DNA of 64,000 bases from an uncultured Bacillota bacterium (GTDB taxonomy: Bacteria; Sysuimicrobiota; Sysuimicrobiia; Sysuimicrobiales; Segetimicrobiaceae). A program made the translations under genes and the position numbers. The notes beneath the pieces are model-generated. The model did not search any database. It was not told where the DNA came from and saw nothing but the letters and a program-made list of their open reading frames with translations. Location of the stretch: NCBI GenBank assembly GCA_963804645.1, contig CAWDRG010000017.1, positions 384,001 through 448,000 of the forward strand, written 5' to 3'. Below, piece after piece: positions 36,994-47,581 of this stretch. Within the stretch, counting starts at the first letter, position 1. Each line of letters begins with the position of its first letter.

Positions 36994-39951
36994 TCATGCG
37001 ACGTGGATGCGATTGCCGCCATTGCGCTTCACCGCGTACATCGCCTGGTCCGCCGCCTCAGCGAGCGCGCGTGCTGTGTGACCGTCCGCGGGCAGGCAGG
37101 CTAACCCGACGCTCACCGTGAGCTTGATCCCTTCCGGCACGGGGGTCTGCTCGACGTGGTGCCGGATGCGCTCGGCCACCGACGCGGCCATATCTTTTGC
37201 CAGACCCGGCAGCAAGAGCAAAAACTCGTCGCCCCCAACGCGCGAGGCAAGATCGGTCGTCCGACTATTCTGTCGCAGCGTATCCGCGACGGCTCGCAAG
37301 ATGATGTCTCCCTGCAGGTGGCCGAAACGATCGTTGATGTCTTTGAAGCCGTCGATCTCGACGACAATGAGCGACAATGGCGCACCGGCACGGCTGGTTG
37401 CGGCAACTTCACGCTCCAGCGCCTCCCACAAGGCCCGATGGTTCGCCAACCCAGTCAGGCCGTCTGTGTGCGCAAGCCTCGTCAAGTCTTCATCACGCTG
37501 CGCCCGAAGAATCGCGAGCGCTGCGAGCACCGCGAAGGCTTCAAGCACGTCGCGGATCTCCTTCGGGAACCCCCCCACGACTGGGCTCTCCACGTCCAGA
37601 ACGCCGATTACCATGTCGTCGACGATCAGCGGGTAGACGATCTTTGAGCGGGCTGCAGACGCGCCCACCACGTACAGTGGATCCACGGTAACGTCCGCCG
37701 CGTAATACGGGCGGCCGTGATCTGCAACCCAGCCGGCGATGCCCCGTGTGTCACCGTGCAACGACATGTTCTTGGTGAGCTCCGGGTCATACCCGTGCTG
37801 CGCCTGGAGGCGCAGTTCGCGCATCGGCTGGTCGACAAAAAAGATCGCACAGATCGGGTAGCCGAATACTTCGTGGATGAGGCTGAGGATTTCATCGAGG
37901 ACTGCCGGGAGATCAAGCGGCCGCAGGAGATGCCTGGCAACATCGGCCATCGCCGGCACGATTCGCGCAACGCGCCGAGCATTCGAGAGGGACCGTGTGA
38001 TCAGGGCAGCCGGCGCCTGGCGCCCGTCGTCCGAGGCGTCAGACGCCTGACGCGGCGCCGTGTCGGGGTTGACCACATGCTCTGCCACCATCTGACAAAA
38101 CGCCTCGACGACCGCGGGGTCGAATTGCGTCCCGGAGTGCTGGCGGATCTCGGTGATCGCCTCATCACTTGGACGCCCTTTGCGATAGGGCCGATCGTTC
38201 ACGATCGCGCCGAAAGAATCGGCCACCGTGAGAATACGGACCGCGAGCGGAATGTCCTCGCCCTCCAGGCCGTCAGGATACCCCGTCCCATCCCATCGCT
38301 CTTGGTGGTGACGAACGATCGTGGCCACGCGCTGCATGCCGTCCACAAAGAGCAGGATCTCCTCTCCGATCACGGGATGAGCCAGCATCACCGCCCACTC
38401 CTCGTCGGTGAGAGGCCCCTCCTTTCGGAGAATTTCATCCGGCACCGCGATCTTGCCAATGTCGTGCAGCAGAGCGGCCCAGCGGACGTCTCGCACCTCG
38501 TCGTCCCCGCACCCCATTCGCCGGGCCAGGGTTTCAACCCATCGCGCCAGTTCGTCGCTGTGCGACCCCGTATAGGAATCTCGGGCGTCAACCGTGCCCG
38601 CCAGCGCGAGGACAGTCTGGAAATACGCCTGTTGGAGTCCGTCGTACAGGCGGGCCCGGCGGATGGCGGTGCCCCCGATCTCCACGAGCGCCGTCAGGAA
38701 GTGCACATCGGCGTCGGTAAACGGCTGAACGCCAGCGACGCGCTTCCGTGCGAGGGCCAGCGTGCCGCTGATTTCCCGCTCGGATCGCACGGGCACGATG
38801 AGAATCGGCCCCAACTCGCGGAAGCGGGCGCCCTCCTGCCAAGTCCGCGGGGCGCCGGACGCGAGATCGGCGGCGACAAATGGTTGGTCGGTCTGGACCA
38901 CGGTTTCCGACAGGCTGCCAGCGACCGGGAACACCGATCCGGGTTCGCTCAGGAACCCAGAGGCATAGACACGCCGTAGGCTTCGCCGATCCTCGGTGAA
39001 CAACGCCAGCGTACCGTGCTCGGCGCCGAGCAGGTGCATCGCGTGGTCGACAAGGAGCCCATACATCTCCTCGACGCTGCGCGCTTCCCGGAGCTGCCGG
39101 CCCACGTGGTAGACGGCCTCCAGTTTCGCCGTCCGCGCCTGGAGTCCGGCTTCGGTGTCCTTGCGCTCCGTGATATCAATGATCGCTCCGTCAAGGTACT
39201 CGGCGTTGCCGTCGGCGTCGCGGACCAGGTGCGCGCTCGTCTGCACCCAGATCAGCGTCCCATCGTACCGGCGCAATTGGCACTCGAAGTCGGTGATCTT
39301 GCCTTCGGACACCAGCACCGCCATCCAGCGTACCCAAACGTCGGGGTCCGAGTAGAGCGCGGCGGCGTTGTGGGTGGTCAAGGTCTGCACGTCCGGGTAG
39401 TGCAGCAGGCGGAGCAAGGCGGGGTTGACCTCCAGGAACGCTCCGGTCGGCGTGGACCGATACAGGCCCACCGGCACGCCTTCGAACAAGCTCCGGTACC
39501 GCTGAGCCAGCCCGGCGCTCTCCTCCAGACGTTGGCGACGCGCAGCGTCCGACCGGTTCCGTTCTATGATCTCATGCGCGATCGTCGAGGCGCCTGTGAT
39601 GCGCCCCTCCGCGTCCCGGAGAGGCGAAAGGGTCAGAACGACCGTGATACGAGCCCCGTCCTTGCGAGCCTGTGTGGTCTCATACGGCTCGATCCGCTCC
39701 CCACGCGCAAGGCGTTCGAGACGGCCTCGGGGATCGTCGGGGCAATCGGGCGGCACGAGGATCGCGATCGATCGCCCGATCGCCTCTTCCGCGGAGTACC
39801 CGTAGATGCGCTCCGCCGCTGCGTTCCAGCTCAGGATGATCCCGTCGAGGGTGCTGCTGAAGATGGCACCGTCGGACGAGTCGACGATCGCGGCGAGGTG
39901 GCGGAGGTACTCCTCCCCACCCCAATGCGGATGGCTGTGCGTGGCTCTCAT
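36994..39951 (-). CDS. PAS-PAS-GAF-HD-GYP-GAF-GGDEF signalling protein
   Basis: SWNAAAERIYGY (PAS); HDIGK and HHQERWDGTGYP (HD-GYP); TDGLTGLANH and GGDEF. Confidence 0.93.
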   Translation of the reverse strand: MRATHSHPHWGGEEYLRHLAAIVDSSDGAIFSSTLDGIILSWNAAAERIYGYSAEEAIGRSIAILVPPDCPDDPRGRLERLARGERIEPYETTQARKDGARITVVLTLSPLRDAEGRITGASTIAHEIIERNRSDAARRQRLEESAGLAQRYRSLFEGVPVGLYRSTPTGAFLEVNPALLRLLHYPDVQTLTTHNAAALYSDPDVWVRWMAVLVSEGKITDFECQLRRYDGTLIWVQTSAHLVRDADGNAEYLDGAIIDITERKDTEAGLQARTAKLEAVYHVGRQLREARSVEEMYGLLVDHAMHLLGAEHGTLALFTEDRRSLRRVYASGFLSEPGSVFPVAGSLSETVVQTDQPFVAADLASGAPRTWQEGARFRELGPILIVPVRSEREISGTLALARKRVAGVQPFTDADVHFLTALVEIGGTAIRRARLYDGLQQAYFQTVLALAGTVDARDSYTGSHSDELARWVETLARRMGCGDDEVRDVRWAALLHDIGKIAVPDEILRKEGPLTDEEWAVMLAHPVIGEEILLFVDGMQRVATIVRHHQERWDGTGYPDGLEGEDIPLAVRILTVADSFGAIVNDRPYRKGRPSDEAITEIRQHSGTQFDPAVVEAFCQMVAEHVVNPDTAPRQASDASDDGRQAPAALITRSLSNARRVARIVPAMADVARHLLRPLDLPAVLDEILSLIHEVFGYPICAIFFVDQPMRELRLQAQHGYDPELTKNMSLHGDTRGIAGWVADHGRPYYAADVTVDPLYVVGASAARSKIVYPLIVDDMVIGVLDVESPVVGGFPKEIRDVLEAFAVLAALAILRAQRDEDLTRLAHTDGLTGLANHRALWEALEREVAATSRAGAPLSLIVVEIDGFKDINDRFGHLQGDIILRAVADTLRQNSRTTDLASRVGGDEFLLLLPGLAKDMAASVAERIRHHVEQTPVPEGIKLTVSVGLACLPADGHTARALAEAADQAMYAVKRNGGNRIHVA

Positions 39952-40204
39952 CCTAGCTGTTGGATAGCCCTCTCAGCGGGACCGCAGCAACTCGCCGGTG
40001 GACCGGCCAGGAGTTGAGCGAACGTGGAGGTCACCCCGGCCGCAGACTTCGGCATAGTCCCATATAGGGATGCCCACTTCAAGCCCCGACCAGACGCGAT
40101 GGGCACCGCCGAGGGGATACGCAACTCGCCGCTTCGCCACACGCGTCGACCGCCGGCGGGATCCCGCGAGTTGATTTCGGGCCGTTGAGTGGCGTCGTGT
40201 TTCT

Positions 40205-40279
40205 TGGAGGCGACGGGCGGATTCGAACCGCCGAATGGGGGTTTTGCAGACCCCTGCCTTGCCACTTGGCTACGTCGCC
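40205..40279 (-). tRNA. tRNA-Cys (GCA)
   Basis: GGCGACGTAGCCAAGTGG...CTGCAAA...GGTTCGAATCC...CCA. Confidence 0.98.
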
Positions 40280-40295
40280 GCGCGCTGGTTGTCAT

Positions 40296-40372
40296 TGGAG
40301 CGGGAGATGGGATTCGAACCCACGACCTTCTCCTTGGCAAGGAGACGCTCTACCAGGCTGAGCTACTCCCGC
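40296..40372 (-). tRNA. tRNA-Gly (GCC)
   Basis: GCGGGAGTAGCTCAG...TTGCCAA...GGTTCGAATCC...CCA. Confidence 0.98.
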
Positions 40373-40384
40373 GCTCCACGGGTC

Positions 40385-40457
40385 ATTATACCAGAGCCGG
40401 CCGGTTCCTGTGGTGGCTCCAGCCCCACCATGATAACAAAGACGCCTCCTCTGTCAA
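40385..40457 (-). promoter_or_regulatory. Tandem promoters for the tRNA-Gly-Cys unit
   Basis: TTGACA-16 bp-TATCAT (40430-40457) and extended -10 TGGTATAAT (40385-40393). Confidence 0.7.
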
Positions 40458-40477
40458 CGCACCGCTGGCCGGGATGG

Positions 40478-41110
40478 CTAGGACGGGCGCAGCAGCGACA
40501 GAAACTCCGCCCGCGTGCTCGGATTCTCGCGGAACAATCCCCGGTTCGCCGACGTCACGACGCGGCTGCCCGGCTTCTTGATCCCCCGCACCGTCATGCA
40601 CGAATGGCTGGCGTCGATCACCACCGCCGCGCCTCTCGGCCGCAGCCCTTTCATCAACATGTCGGCGATGAGCGATGTGAGCCGCTCCTGCACTTGGGGC
40701 CGCCGCGCGAGCGTCTCCACGAGCCGCGCGATCTTGCTGATCCCCACGATCCGTCCGTTGGGGATGTAGCCCACGTGGGCCACGCCGACGAAGGGAAGCA
40801 GATGGTGCTCGCACATCGACGCGAACGGGATATCTTTGACGATGACCATCTCCTTGTGCCGTTCCGCATCGAAGCCCACGGTCAGGTACGGCATCGGATC
40901 CTGATGCACGCCCGCAAACAGCTCCGCGTACGCCTCGGCGATGCGGCGCGGCGTCTCGCGCAGTCCCTCGCGGGTCGGATCTTCACCGATGGCCTGCAGG
41001 ATCGTGACCACGGCGCTCTCGATCGCCGGCTTATCGACACCGCGCCACGCCTGCGCCCGCCGGATGTCTCGCCTTCCGCGACTGCCGCTCGCTCGCGCCA
41101 CCGCCCTCAC
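40478..41110 (-). CDS. folE: GTP cyclohydrolase I
   Basis: [38 protein letters not shown]. Confidence 0.97.
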   Translation of the reverse strand: MRAVARASGSRGRRDIRRAQAWRGVDKPAIESAVVTILQAIGEDPTREGLRETPRRIAEAYAELFAGVHQDPMPYLTVGFDAERHKEMVIVKDIPFASMCEHHLLPFVGVAHVGYIPNGRIVGISKIARLVETLARRPQVQERLTSLIADMLMKGLRPRGAAVVIDASHSCMTVRGIKKPGSRVVTSANRGLFRENPSTRAEFLSLLRPS

Positions 41111-42228
41111 CCCCGCCGGCGTCCGCCGGCGCTGTCCGCGACGGCCCCCGGCCTCATGAGAATGTCGAGCATCTTGACCATCCGCGCCATGAACCGCACA
41201 TCGTGCGTGCGCACGAGGTGCGCGCCCTGCAGCACGCCGTAGGCGACCGCCGCCGCCGTGCCTTCCAGGAGCTCCTCAAATGGCAGCCCGAGCACGTCGC
41301 GAAGATAATTCTTGCGCGACGTGGCCAAATACAGCGGATACCCCAAGCTCCGAAACTCTCCGAACCGGCGCAGGACTTCCAGGTCATGGTCCGCGGTCTT
41401 GCCGAAGCTGAACCCCGGGTCGACCACGAGGCGGGACGCCGGCACGCCGGCGCTGCGCGCGGCGGCCGTGCGATCCTCGAGGAACGCGTAGACCTCGTCG
41501 ACGACGGACCGGTACGTCGGGTTGGGCTGGCGCACCTTCGGCCGGCCCTGGATGTGCATCACCACCAGTGCCGCGCCGGTGTCCGCGGCGATGTGCGCCA
41601 TGCGAAGATCGGCCAGCCCGCTGATGTCGTTGATCAGCACGGCACCCGCGTCGACCGCGCGCCGCGCGACGTCCGGCTTGTACGTGTCCACGGCGATCGG
41701 GACCGCGACCCGCCGCGCCAGCGCCTCGATCAGCGGCGCCACCCGCTCGGCTTCCTCCGCCGCGGTGAGCGGCGGTCCCGGCCGGGCACTCTCCCCACCG
41801 ACCTCGACCAGGTCGGCACCTTCCGCCACCATCTCGTCTGCGCGGGCCAGCGCGGCGTCCCGTTCGAAGTACCGGCCCCGGTCGTAGAATGAATCCGGGG
41901 TCGCGTTGAGCACGCCCACGATCAGCGGCCCGTGCGCCAGATCCAGCGGGCGGCCACAGGTCTCAAGCGTCCGCGGCGCCGTCCGGAACCTCGCCAGCGC
42001 CCTGGCGATCGGTCCTGACCCTGTTCCGGCGTCGGGATCGTCCTCAAGCGCCGTGAATCCCTCGAGCGGCCCAACGAGCAGCAGCGCGTCGGGATCCGCG
42101 CCCGGCTCAGTCCACAGCGACGCACGCCGTCCCGCCGCGACGAGCGACTCGGTCGCCCCCGCGCTCAGCCCGCTGACCCTGACCGCGTACACGCCGCCGT
42201 CGGCCGGCGGCGGCGGCCACGCGACCAC
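41107..42228 (-). CDS. folP: Dihydropteroate synthase with an N-terminal extension
   Basis: [42 protein letters not shown]. Confidence 0.94.
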   Translation of the reverse strand: MVAWPPPPADGGVYAVRVSGLSAGATESLVAAGRRASLWTEPGADPDALLLVGPLEGFTALEDDPDAGTGSGPIARALARFRTAPRTLETCGRPLDLAHGPLIVGVLNATPDSFYDRGRYFERDAALARADEMVAEGADLVEVGGESARPGPPLTAAEEAERVAPLIEALARRVAVPIAVDTYKPDVARRAVDAGAVLINDISGLADLRMAHIAADTGAALVVMHIQGRPKVRQPNPTYRSVVDEVYAFLEDRTAAARSAGVPASRLVVDPGFSFGKTADHDLEVLRRFGEFRSLGYPLYLATSRKNYLRDVLGLPFEELLEGTAAAVAYGVLQGAHLVRTHDVRFMARMVKMLDILMRPGAVADSAGGRRRG

Positions 42229-42451
42229 GCGTGCGTGCTGCTCTGGGGGCAGTCCCGTCGGTCATGGCATCCGGCTCCATGGTCGCTCCGCGGCACCGTC
42301 AACCGCCGCGTTCCCGCGTTCCATCTTAGCATCCAGCAACGCCCACACGCCGCCCGCCGGGAGCCCGCCGTCCCCGCGTCGAACCCGTCCAGCACGAGCC
42401 GGCACGCACACACGGCCGGCAGGATCCTGCGCGTCGGATCAAGGGGGACAC

Positions 42452-43300
42452 ATGATTCGCCTGGGCATGTCGATTCGCGGGGGCGACGGACGACACGACG
42501 AGCTGACATTCGCCCGGCGGGTGGGCTACGACGCCGTGGAGATCAGCATGGACGGCACCGGCATGATCTTCGGCGGCCAGCTGCATCCCGACATGCTGCG
42601 GGCCGCCCTGGCCGACTTCGGCCGCCACGAGTTCTGGTACTCGCTCCACAGCCCGAGCAGCCTGGACCTGCGGGACCGTGCGAACCGCGACGCCCAGCTC
42701 GCGGTGGCCCGCGCCACCCTGCGATTTGCGCGCGAGGTGGGTGCCCGGATTCTGGTCATCCATTTCGAGCAGCGCAGCCCATCCCCCGAGGACGAAAGCG
42801 CGTTTGTCGAGGCCATCTGGCGGCTGTCCGACGACGCCGGGAGCGTGCTGCTCGGCATCGAAAACATCGAGGTCGAGCGGATGGAGCCGGTGATCGAGTG
42901 CGTCCGGCGTGTCAACCGGCCGAACGTCGTGATGACCCTGGACATCGGCCACGCGTACCTCGCGGCCGCGCAGTTCGGCTTCGACTTCTTCGAGGCGATC
43001 GGCGCGGCGGTGCCGCTCGTCCGGCATGTCCACATGAACGACAACTTCGGGCGCTACGACCCGCTGCGCCTGGAGAACTTCACCCTCTATCGCACGCAGA
43101 CCCCGGCGGACACGTTTCCCCTCGGGAAAGGGGATCTGCACCTGCCGGTCGGATGGGGCGCGATCCCCTTGGAGCAGGTGTTCGCCATGCTGAAGGGATA
43201 TCAGGGCACGGTGATCCACGAGTACCGGTCGCACCTGTTTCTTCCCTACGCCGAGACGGCCCAGCAGGCGGCGCGTCGTCTCGTCCAACTCCTCGGCTAG
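42452..43300 (+). CDS. Sugar phosphate isomerase/epimerase-like TIM barrel
   Basis: GYDAVEI, GIEN, TLDIGHA, HVHMNDNFG, DLHLPVGWG, IHE. Confidence 0.88.
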   Translation: MIRLGMSIRGGDGRHDELTFARRVGYDAVEISMDGTGMIFGGQLHPDMLRAALADFGRHEFWYSLHSPSSLDLRDRANRDAQLAVARATLRFAREVGARILVIHFEQRSPSPEDESAFVEAIWRLSDDAGSVLLGIENIEVERMEPVIECVRRVNRPNVVMTLDIGHAYLAAAQFGFDFFEAIGAAVPLVRHVHMNDNFGRYDPLRLENFTLYRTQTPADTFPLGKGDLHLPVGWGAIPLEQVFAMLKGYQGTVIHEYRSHLFLPYAETAQQAARRLVQLLG

Positions 43301-43564
43301 AACGGCCTGCCGCCCGTTCCGGACCGCCCGCAGCCATCCGGCCGCGGCGGCGCCGGTTCCGGCTCGGAGCCCAGGGGGATGCGACCATACGTTTGTGATC
43401 CCACGGCGACGAAAGAGCGAAACTTTGGAGGCTCCCCAAGGGACCGCGCGAGATGCCTCGAATCACCCGTACGGCACCATAGGAGGGGGTTCGCGGTTGA
43501 ACACGAACGTTCCAGACGATCTGCCCGTGCGACACGATCCACGAGTGGACTCGGAGGTGCGTAT

Positions 43565-44713
43565 ATGATCATGAAACACGCCACGCGAGCACGCGCAGTC
43601 GCACTGATCGTGGGAATCGCGGTCCTCGCGTTCCTAGTGGGGGTCAATCCCGGCGGGGCCGGCGCGCAGGCACCCGTGACGCTGAACGTCTACATCAGCG
43701 GCGACACGAACATCTTCGATCTGTGGCAGAAGATGCTGCTGCCAGCATTTCAGAAGCGCTATCCGCAGTACAAAGCGAACATGGTGCCGCTACTGCACGG
43801 GGAAGGCTCGCAGGGCGTCTTCGATAAGATCCTGGCCGCGAAGCAGTCGGGGCGCCAGACCGACGTCGATCTGTGGGAGACGCAGCCGTCATTCGTCACG
43901 CAGGGAATTCCCGACGCCCTGTGGGTCAAGCTGGGGTCGAACCTGATCCCGAATCTGAGTCACGTCCTGCAGCAGAAGCTGGACGCCACGCAAAGCTACA
44001 GCATGCCCTACCGCGGATCGTCCGTCGTAGTCGCGTACAATTCGGCGTTCGTCAAGACCCCCCCGAAGACGTTCGACGACCTGGTCGCGTGGATCAAGGC
44101 GAACCCCGGCAAATTCACGTACTGTGACCCCAACACGGGCGGATCCGGCCAGGCGTTCATGGTGGCCGCCGTGTACAAGTACGCATCGGACGCGCAGTTC
44201 ATCGGGAGCTCCTACGACCCGAAAGCGGAGTCCTCTTGGGACGCCGCCTGGCAGCTGCTGAAGTCGCTCGAGCCCGCGATGTACAATGGCGGCGCCCATC
44301 CGAACGGTAATGTCGCGGTGCTGCAGCTGCTCGCCCAGCAGAACATCTACATCGCGCCCGTGTGGTCCGACATGGGCACCGACTATCTGAGCCGCGGCTT
44401 GCTGCCGAAGACCGTGAAGCTCGAGCAGCTCAGCCCGCCGCTGTTCGGCGGCGACTCCACGGTGACGGCCCCCGCCAGTTCGGCCCATCTCGAGGGGACC
44501 TTCCTGCTGCTGAACTGGCTGCTGACGCCTGACGCGCAGACGCTCGTGGTCAACGGCGTCTCCGGGTATCCGGGGGTCGATTGGCAGTACATGCCCGCGA
44601 GCGTCCGCTCGAAGTTCGCGGATGTCGCGAAGCCGTACGCGCCGCTCCCGAACTCGCAGTACTTCGCCGACATGCTGCGCTTGTGGCACGAGCGTGTCGC
44701 CGGGGGCGGCTAA
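43565..44713 (+). CDS. ABC substrate-binding protein (PotD/YnjB-like)
   Basis: GGAGG RBS, signal peptide, PPKTFDDLVAWIKANPGKFTYCDPNTGGSG. Confidence 0.9.
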   Translation: MIMKHATRARAVALIVGIAVLAFLVGVNPGGAGAQAPVTLNVYISGDTNIFDLWQKMLLPAFQKRYPQYKANMVPLLHGEGSQGVFDKILAAKQSGRQTDVDLWETQPSFVTQGIPDALWVKLGSNLIPNLSHVLQQKLDATQSYSMPYRGSSVVVAYNSAFVKTPPKTFDDLVAWIKANPGKFTYCDPNTGGSGQAFMVAAVYKYASDAQFIGSSYDPKAESSWDAAWQLLKSLEPAMYNGGAHPNGNVAVLQLLAQQNIYIAPVWSDMGTDYLSRGLLPKTVKLEQLSPPLFGGDSTVTAPASSAHLEGTFLLLNWLLTPDAQTLVVNGVSGYPGVDWQYMPASVRSKFADVAKPYAPLPNSQYFADMLRLWHERVAGGG

Positions 44714-44753
44714 TCGTCACTCGTTCGCAGTCTCCGCAGGGACGGTAGGCCGC

Positions 44754-45599
44754 GTGCGCGCGGGATGGAAGCAGGGAGCACTGGGGCTCGCCCTGGTGCT
44801 CCCTCCGCTTTGTGTGCTGCTGTTCTTGGTGGTGATCCCGGCGATCACGGCGGTCGTGACGACGCTCACCGCGCGCGCGGCGGGGACCAGCTTGCTCTCG
44901 AACTACGCCGAGGTGCTCGGCACCCGAGGGCTCCGGGCGGACATCACCTACACGGTCGTGGTCACGCTCGTGGCCGTCAGCGTGACGTTTCTGCTGAGCT
45001 ATCCGCTCGCCCTGTATCTCCGGTTCACGCGCAGCCGAGCCGTGGGATTTTTGGGCGTGCTGTTCATGGTGCCGCTGTTCGTTCCCGTGGTGATCACCTC
45101 GTATGCGATGATCAACTTTCTGGTAAGCCACGGCTTCGTCTCGACGATCCTGTACCGCCTCGGGATCCAGACGTTCCCCCGGCTGATGTACAACGCGACC
45201 GGCATCGTGCTGACCCAGGTCTGGGCGAGCATTCCGTTTGCGGTCCTCATCCTCGGCTCCGGGCTGCAGTCCATCGACGACGCCCTCATCGACAGCGCTC
45301 GGGACGTCGGCGCCGGCGCGCTGCGAACGTTCTTCGCGGTGATCCTGCCGCTCAACATGACGTCGACCATGATCACGCTGACCCTCCTCTTCATCGGCAT
45401 CTTCGGCTCTTTCACGATCCCCTTTCTCGTCGGCGGCAACGCGCCGCAGATGCTGGGGGTCACCATGACGGCCTACCTGACGCAGTATCTGCGCCGCACT
45501 GAGTCGGTCACGATGGCGGTGATCGCCTTTCTCATCGCCGCGATCGTCGGGGCGGTGTACATCGCGAGCGTCAGCCGCCGCGAGCGGGGCACCCGATGA
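44754..45599 (+). CDS. ABC permease (PotB-like); start uncertain
   Basis: Six TM helices; IDSARDVGA loop. Confidence 0.9.
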   Translation: MRAGWKQGALGLALVLPPLCVLLFLVVIPAITAVVTTLTARAAGTSLLSNYAEVLGTRGLRADITYTVVVTLVAVSVTFLLSYPLALYLRFTRSRAVGFLGVLFMVPLFVPVVITSYAMINFLVSHGFVSTILYRLGIQTFPRLMYNATGIVLTQVWASIPFAVLILGSGLQSIDDALIDSARDVGAGALRTFFAVILPLNMTSTMITLTLLFIGIFGSFTIPFLVGGNAPQMLGVTMTAYLTQYLRRTESVTMAVIAFLIAAIVGAVYIASVSRRERGTR

Positions 45600-46423
45600 G
45601 CGGGTCCCAGTGGTTTCAGGCGGTCCGCGTGCTGAGAAAAACAATCGGGCTCGGCGCCCTCCTCGCGTTGGCGGCGTTCATCCTCGGCCCGCTGTTGAGC
45701 CTGCTGATGTGGGCGGTCGCCGGGACGTGGCTATTCCCCGCGCTGATCCCGGAGTTCTCGCTTAAGTGGTGGTTCTACGTCCTCGGGCAAGACGACGTCG
45801 TCAAGTCCATCCGCATGAGCGTCGAGAGCGCGCCCGTCGCGACGGCGCTGTCCGCGCTGATCTGCATTCCCGCCGCCTATGCGTTCGCGCGGCTCGAATT
45901 TCCGGGGCGGCGCGTGCTGCTGCTGTCGTTCCTGAGCGCCAACGCCTTCCCGAAGATCGGCCTGTACGTCAGCATCGCGACGCTGTTCTACCGGCTCAAC
46001 CTGATGGATACGTTCGCCGGGGTCGTCATGATCCAGCTGATCAACACGCTGCTGTTCATGATCTGGATCCCGACGGGGACGTTCCGCGGGATCAACCGGA
46101 ACCTCGAAGAGGCCGCCCGGGATGCCGGGGCGGGACCGCTCCGGACGTTCTTCCAGATTACGCTCCCGATCGCGCTGCCGGGTCTGATCGTCGCCGCGCT
46201 GTTCGCATTCATCGCCGCGTTCGACGAGGCGCAGGGGTCGCTGATCGTGGGCACGCCGAACCACATCACGATGCCGGTCCTGATGTACGGCCTCGTCCTG
46301 GGCTACCCCCAGCCGGTCGGGGCGGTGTTCTCGGTGCTGCTCGCCCTCCCCTCGCTCGTCCTGCTACTCTTGATGCAGCGGTACCTCCGGGCCGGCTATC
46401 TCGCGGCCGGATACAACCTCTAA
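45596..46423 (+). CDS. ABC permease (PotC-like)
   Basis: AAYAFAR..FPGR, LEEAARDAGA. Confidence 0.93.
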   Translation: MSGSQWFQAVRVLRKTIGLGALLALAAFILGPLLSLLMWAVAGTWLFPALIPEFSLKWWFYVLGQDDVVKSIRMSVESAPVATALSALICIPAAYAFARLEFPGRRVLLLSFLSANAFPKIGLYVSIATLFYRLNLMDTFAGVVMIQLINTLLFMIWIPTGTFRGINRNLEEAARDAGAGPLRTFFQITLPIALPGLIVAALFAFIAAFDEAQGSLIVGTPNHITMPVLMYGLVLGYPQPVGAVFSVLLALPSLVLLLLMQRYLRAGYLAAGYNL

Positions 46424-46438
46424 CCGCGGGGGGAGCCC

Positions 46439-47521
46439 ATGGCGCGCCTGTCGCTGGAACACCTGACGAAACGCTTCGGCACCCAGGCCGCCGTGCACGA
46501 CGTCACCCTCGAAGTCCAGGACGGGGAGCTGATGTGCCTGCTGGGCCCGTCGGGGTGCGGCAAGACCACGACGCTCCGGATGATCGGCGGGTTCGCGGCG
46601 CCGGATTCCGGGGACATCCAGATCGACGGCCGCAGCGTCGTCGATCTGCCGCCCGAGCGGCGTCCCACCGCGATGGTGTTCCAGCGCTACAACCTGTGGC
46701 CGCACATGACGGTGGAGCAGAACATCGCGTTCGGCCTCCGCATCCGCCGGCTGGAGCGCGCCGCGATCGCGCGCCAGGTCCAGGAGGCGCTGGCGCTCGT
46801 CGGCCTCCCCGGCAGTGGCCAGAAATACCCCCATCAACTGTCCGGCGGGGAACAGCAGCGCGTCGCGGTCGCCCGCGCCCTCGTCCTGGAACCGCAGATC
46901 CTCCTGCTCGACGAGCCGTTCAGCAATCTCGATGCGCGGCTGCGGGTGCGGATGCGCGAGGAGGTCAAGCAGCTGCAGCGCAAGGTCGGGATCACAACCG
47001 TGTTCGTCACGCACGACCAGGAAGAGGCGCTGACGATCGCGGACCGCATCGCGGTCATGCACGCGGGCGTGCTGCAGCAGGTGGACACGCCCTCCGCGCT
47101 GTACGAGTACCCGCGCACGCTGTTCGTGGCGGACTTCATCGGCACGATGAACCTGCTCCCGGCGACGGCGCAGGCCGGCGGCACGCTGGCCGCCGGTCCG
47201 TGGCGCCTCCCGATCGACGGGCGGGGCTGGCCGGACGGAACCCAGGCCACGGTCGCGGTGCGGCCGGAGGACCTCGCCGTCGACGCCGCCGGCGCGCCCA
47301 TGCAGATTCGGCGCGTGATCAACCTCGGGCACTACCTGCAGGTGCTGCTCGACTGTCCCGGCGTCGGCGAGCTGCGGATGTTCACGCCGAAGGACGCCGC
47401 GCTGACCGAGGGCGCGCCCGTGTCCGTGCGGCTCGTGCGCGCGCTCGCGTTCCGCGATTCGGAGATGATCGAGATCGGTGGACCGATGCGGCCGGCGGTC
47501 GCCGCACCCGACGCGCGGTGA
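46439..47521 (+). CDS. ABC ATPase (PotA-like)
   Basis: GPSGCGKT, LSGGEQQR, LLLDEP. Confidence 0.96.
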   Translation: MARLSLEHLTKRFGTQAAVHDVTLEVQDGELMCLLGPSGCGKTTTLRMIGGFAAPDSGDIQIDGRSVVDLPPERRPTAMVFQRYNLWPHMTVEQNIAFGLRIRRLERAAIARQVQEALALVGLPGSGQKYPHQLSGGEQQRVAVARALVLEPQILLLDEPFSNLDARLRVRMREEVKQLQRKVGITTVFVTHDQEEALTIADRIAVMHAGVLQQVDTPSALYEYPRTLFVADFIGTMNLLPATAQAGGTLAAGPWRLPIDGRGWPDGTQATVAVRPEDLAVDAAGAPMQIRRVINLGHYLQVLLDCPGVGELRMFTPKDAALTEGAPVSVRLVRALAFRDSEMIEIGGPMRPAVAAPDAR

Positions 47522-47581
47522 CCGGCACACGACCTCCAGCGACTCCGCCCGCTCGCCCGTGAACACCCGCTTCGGCCGGCC

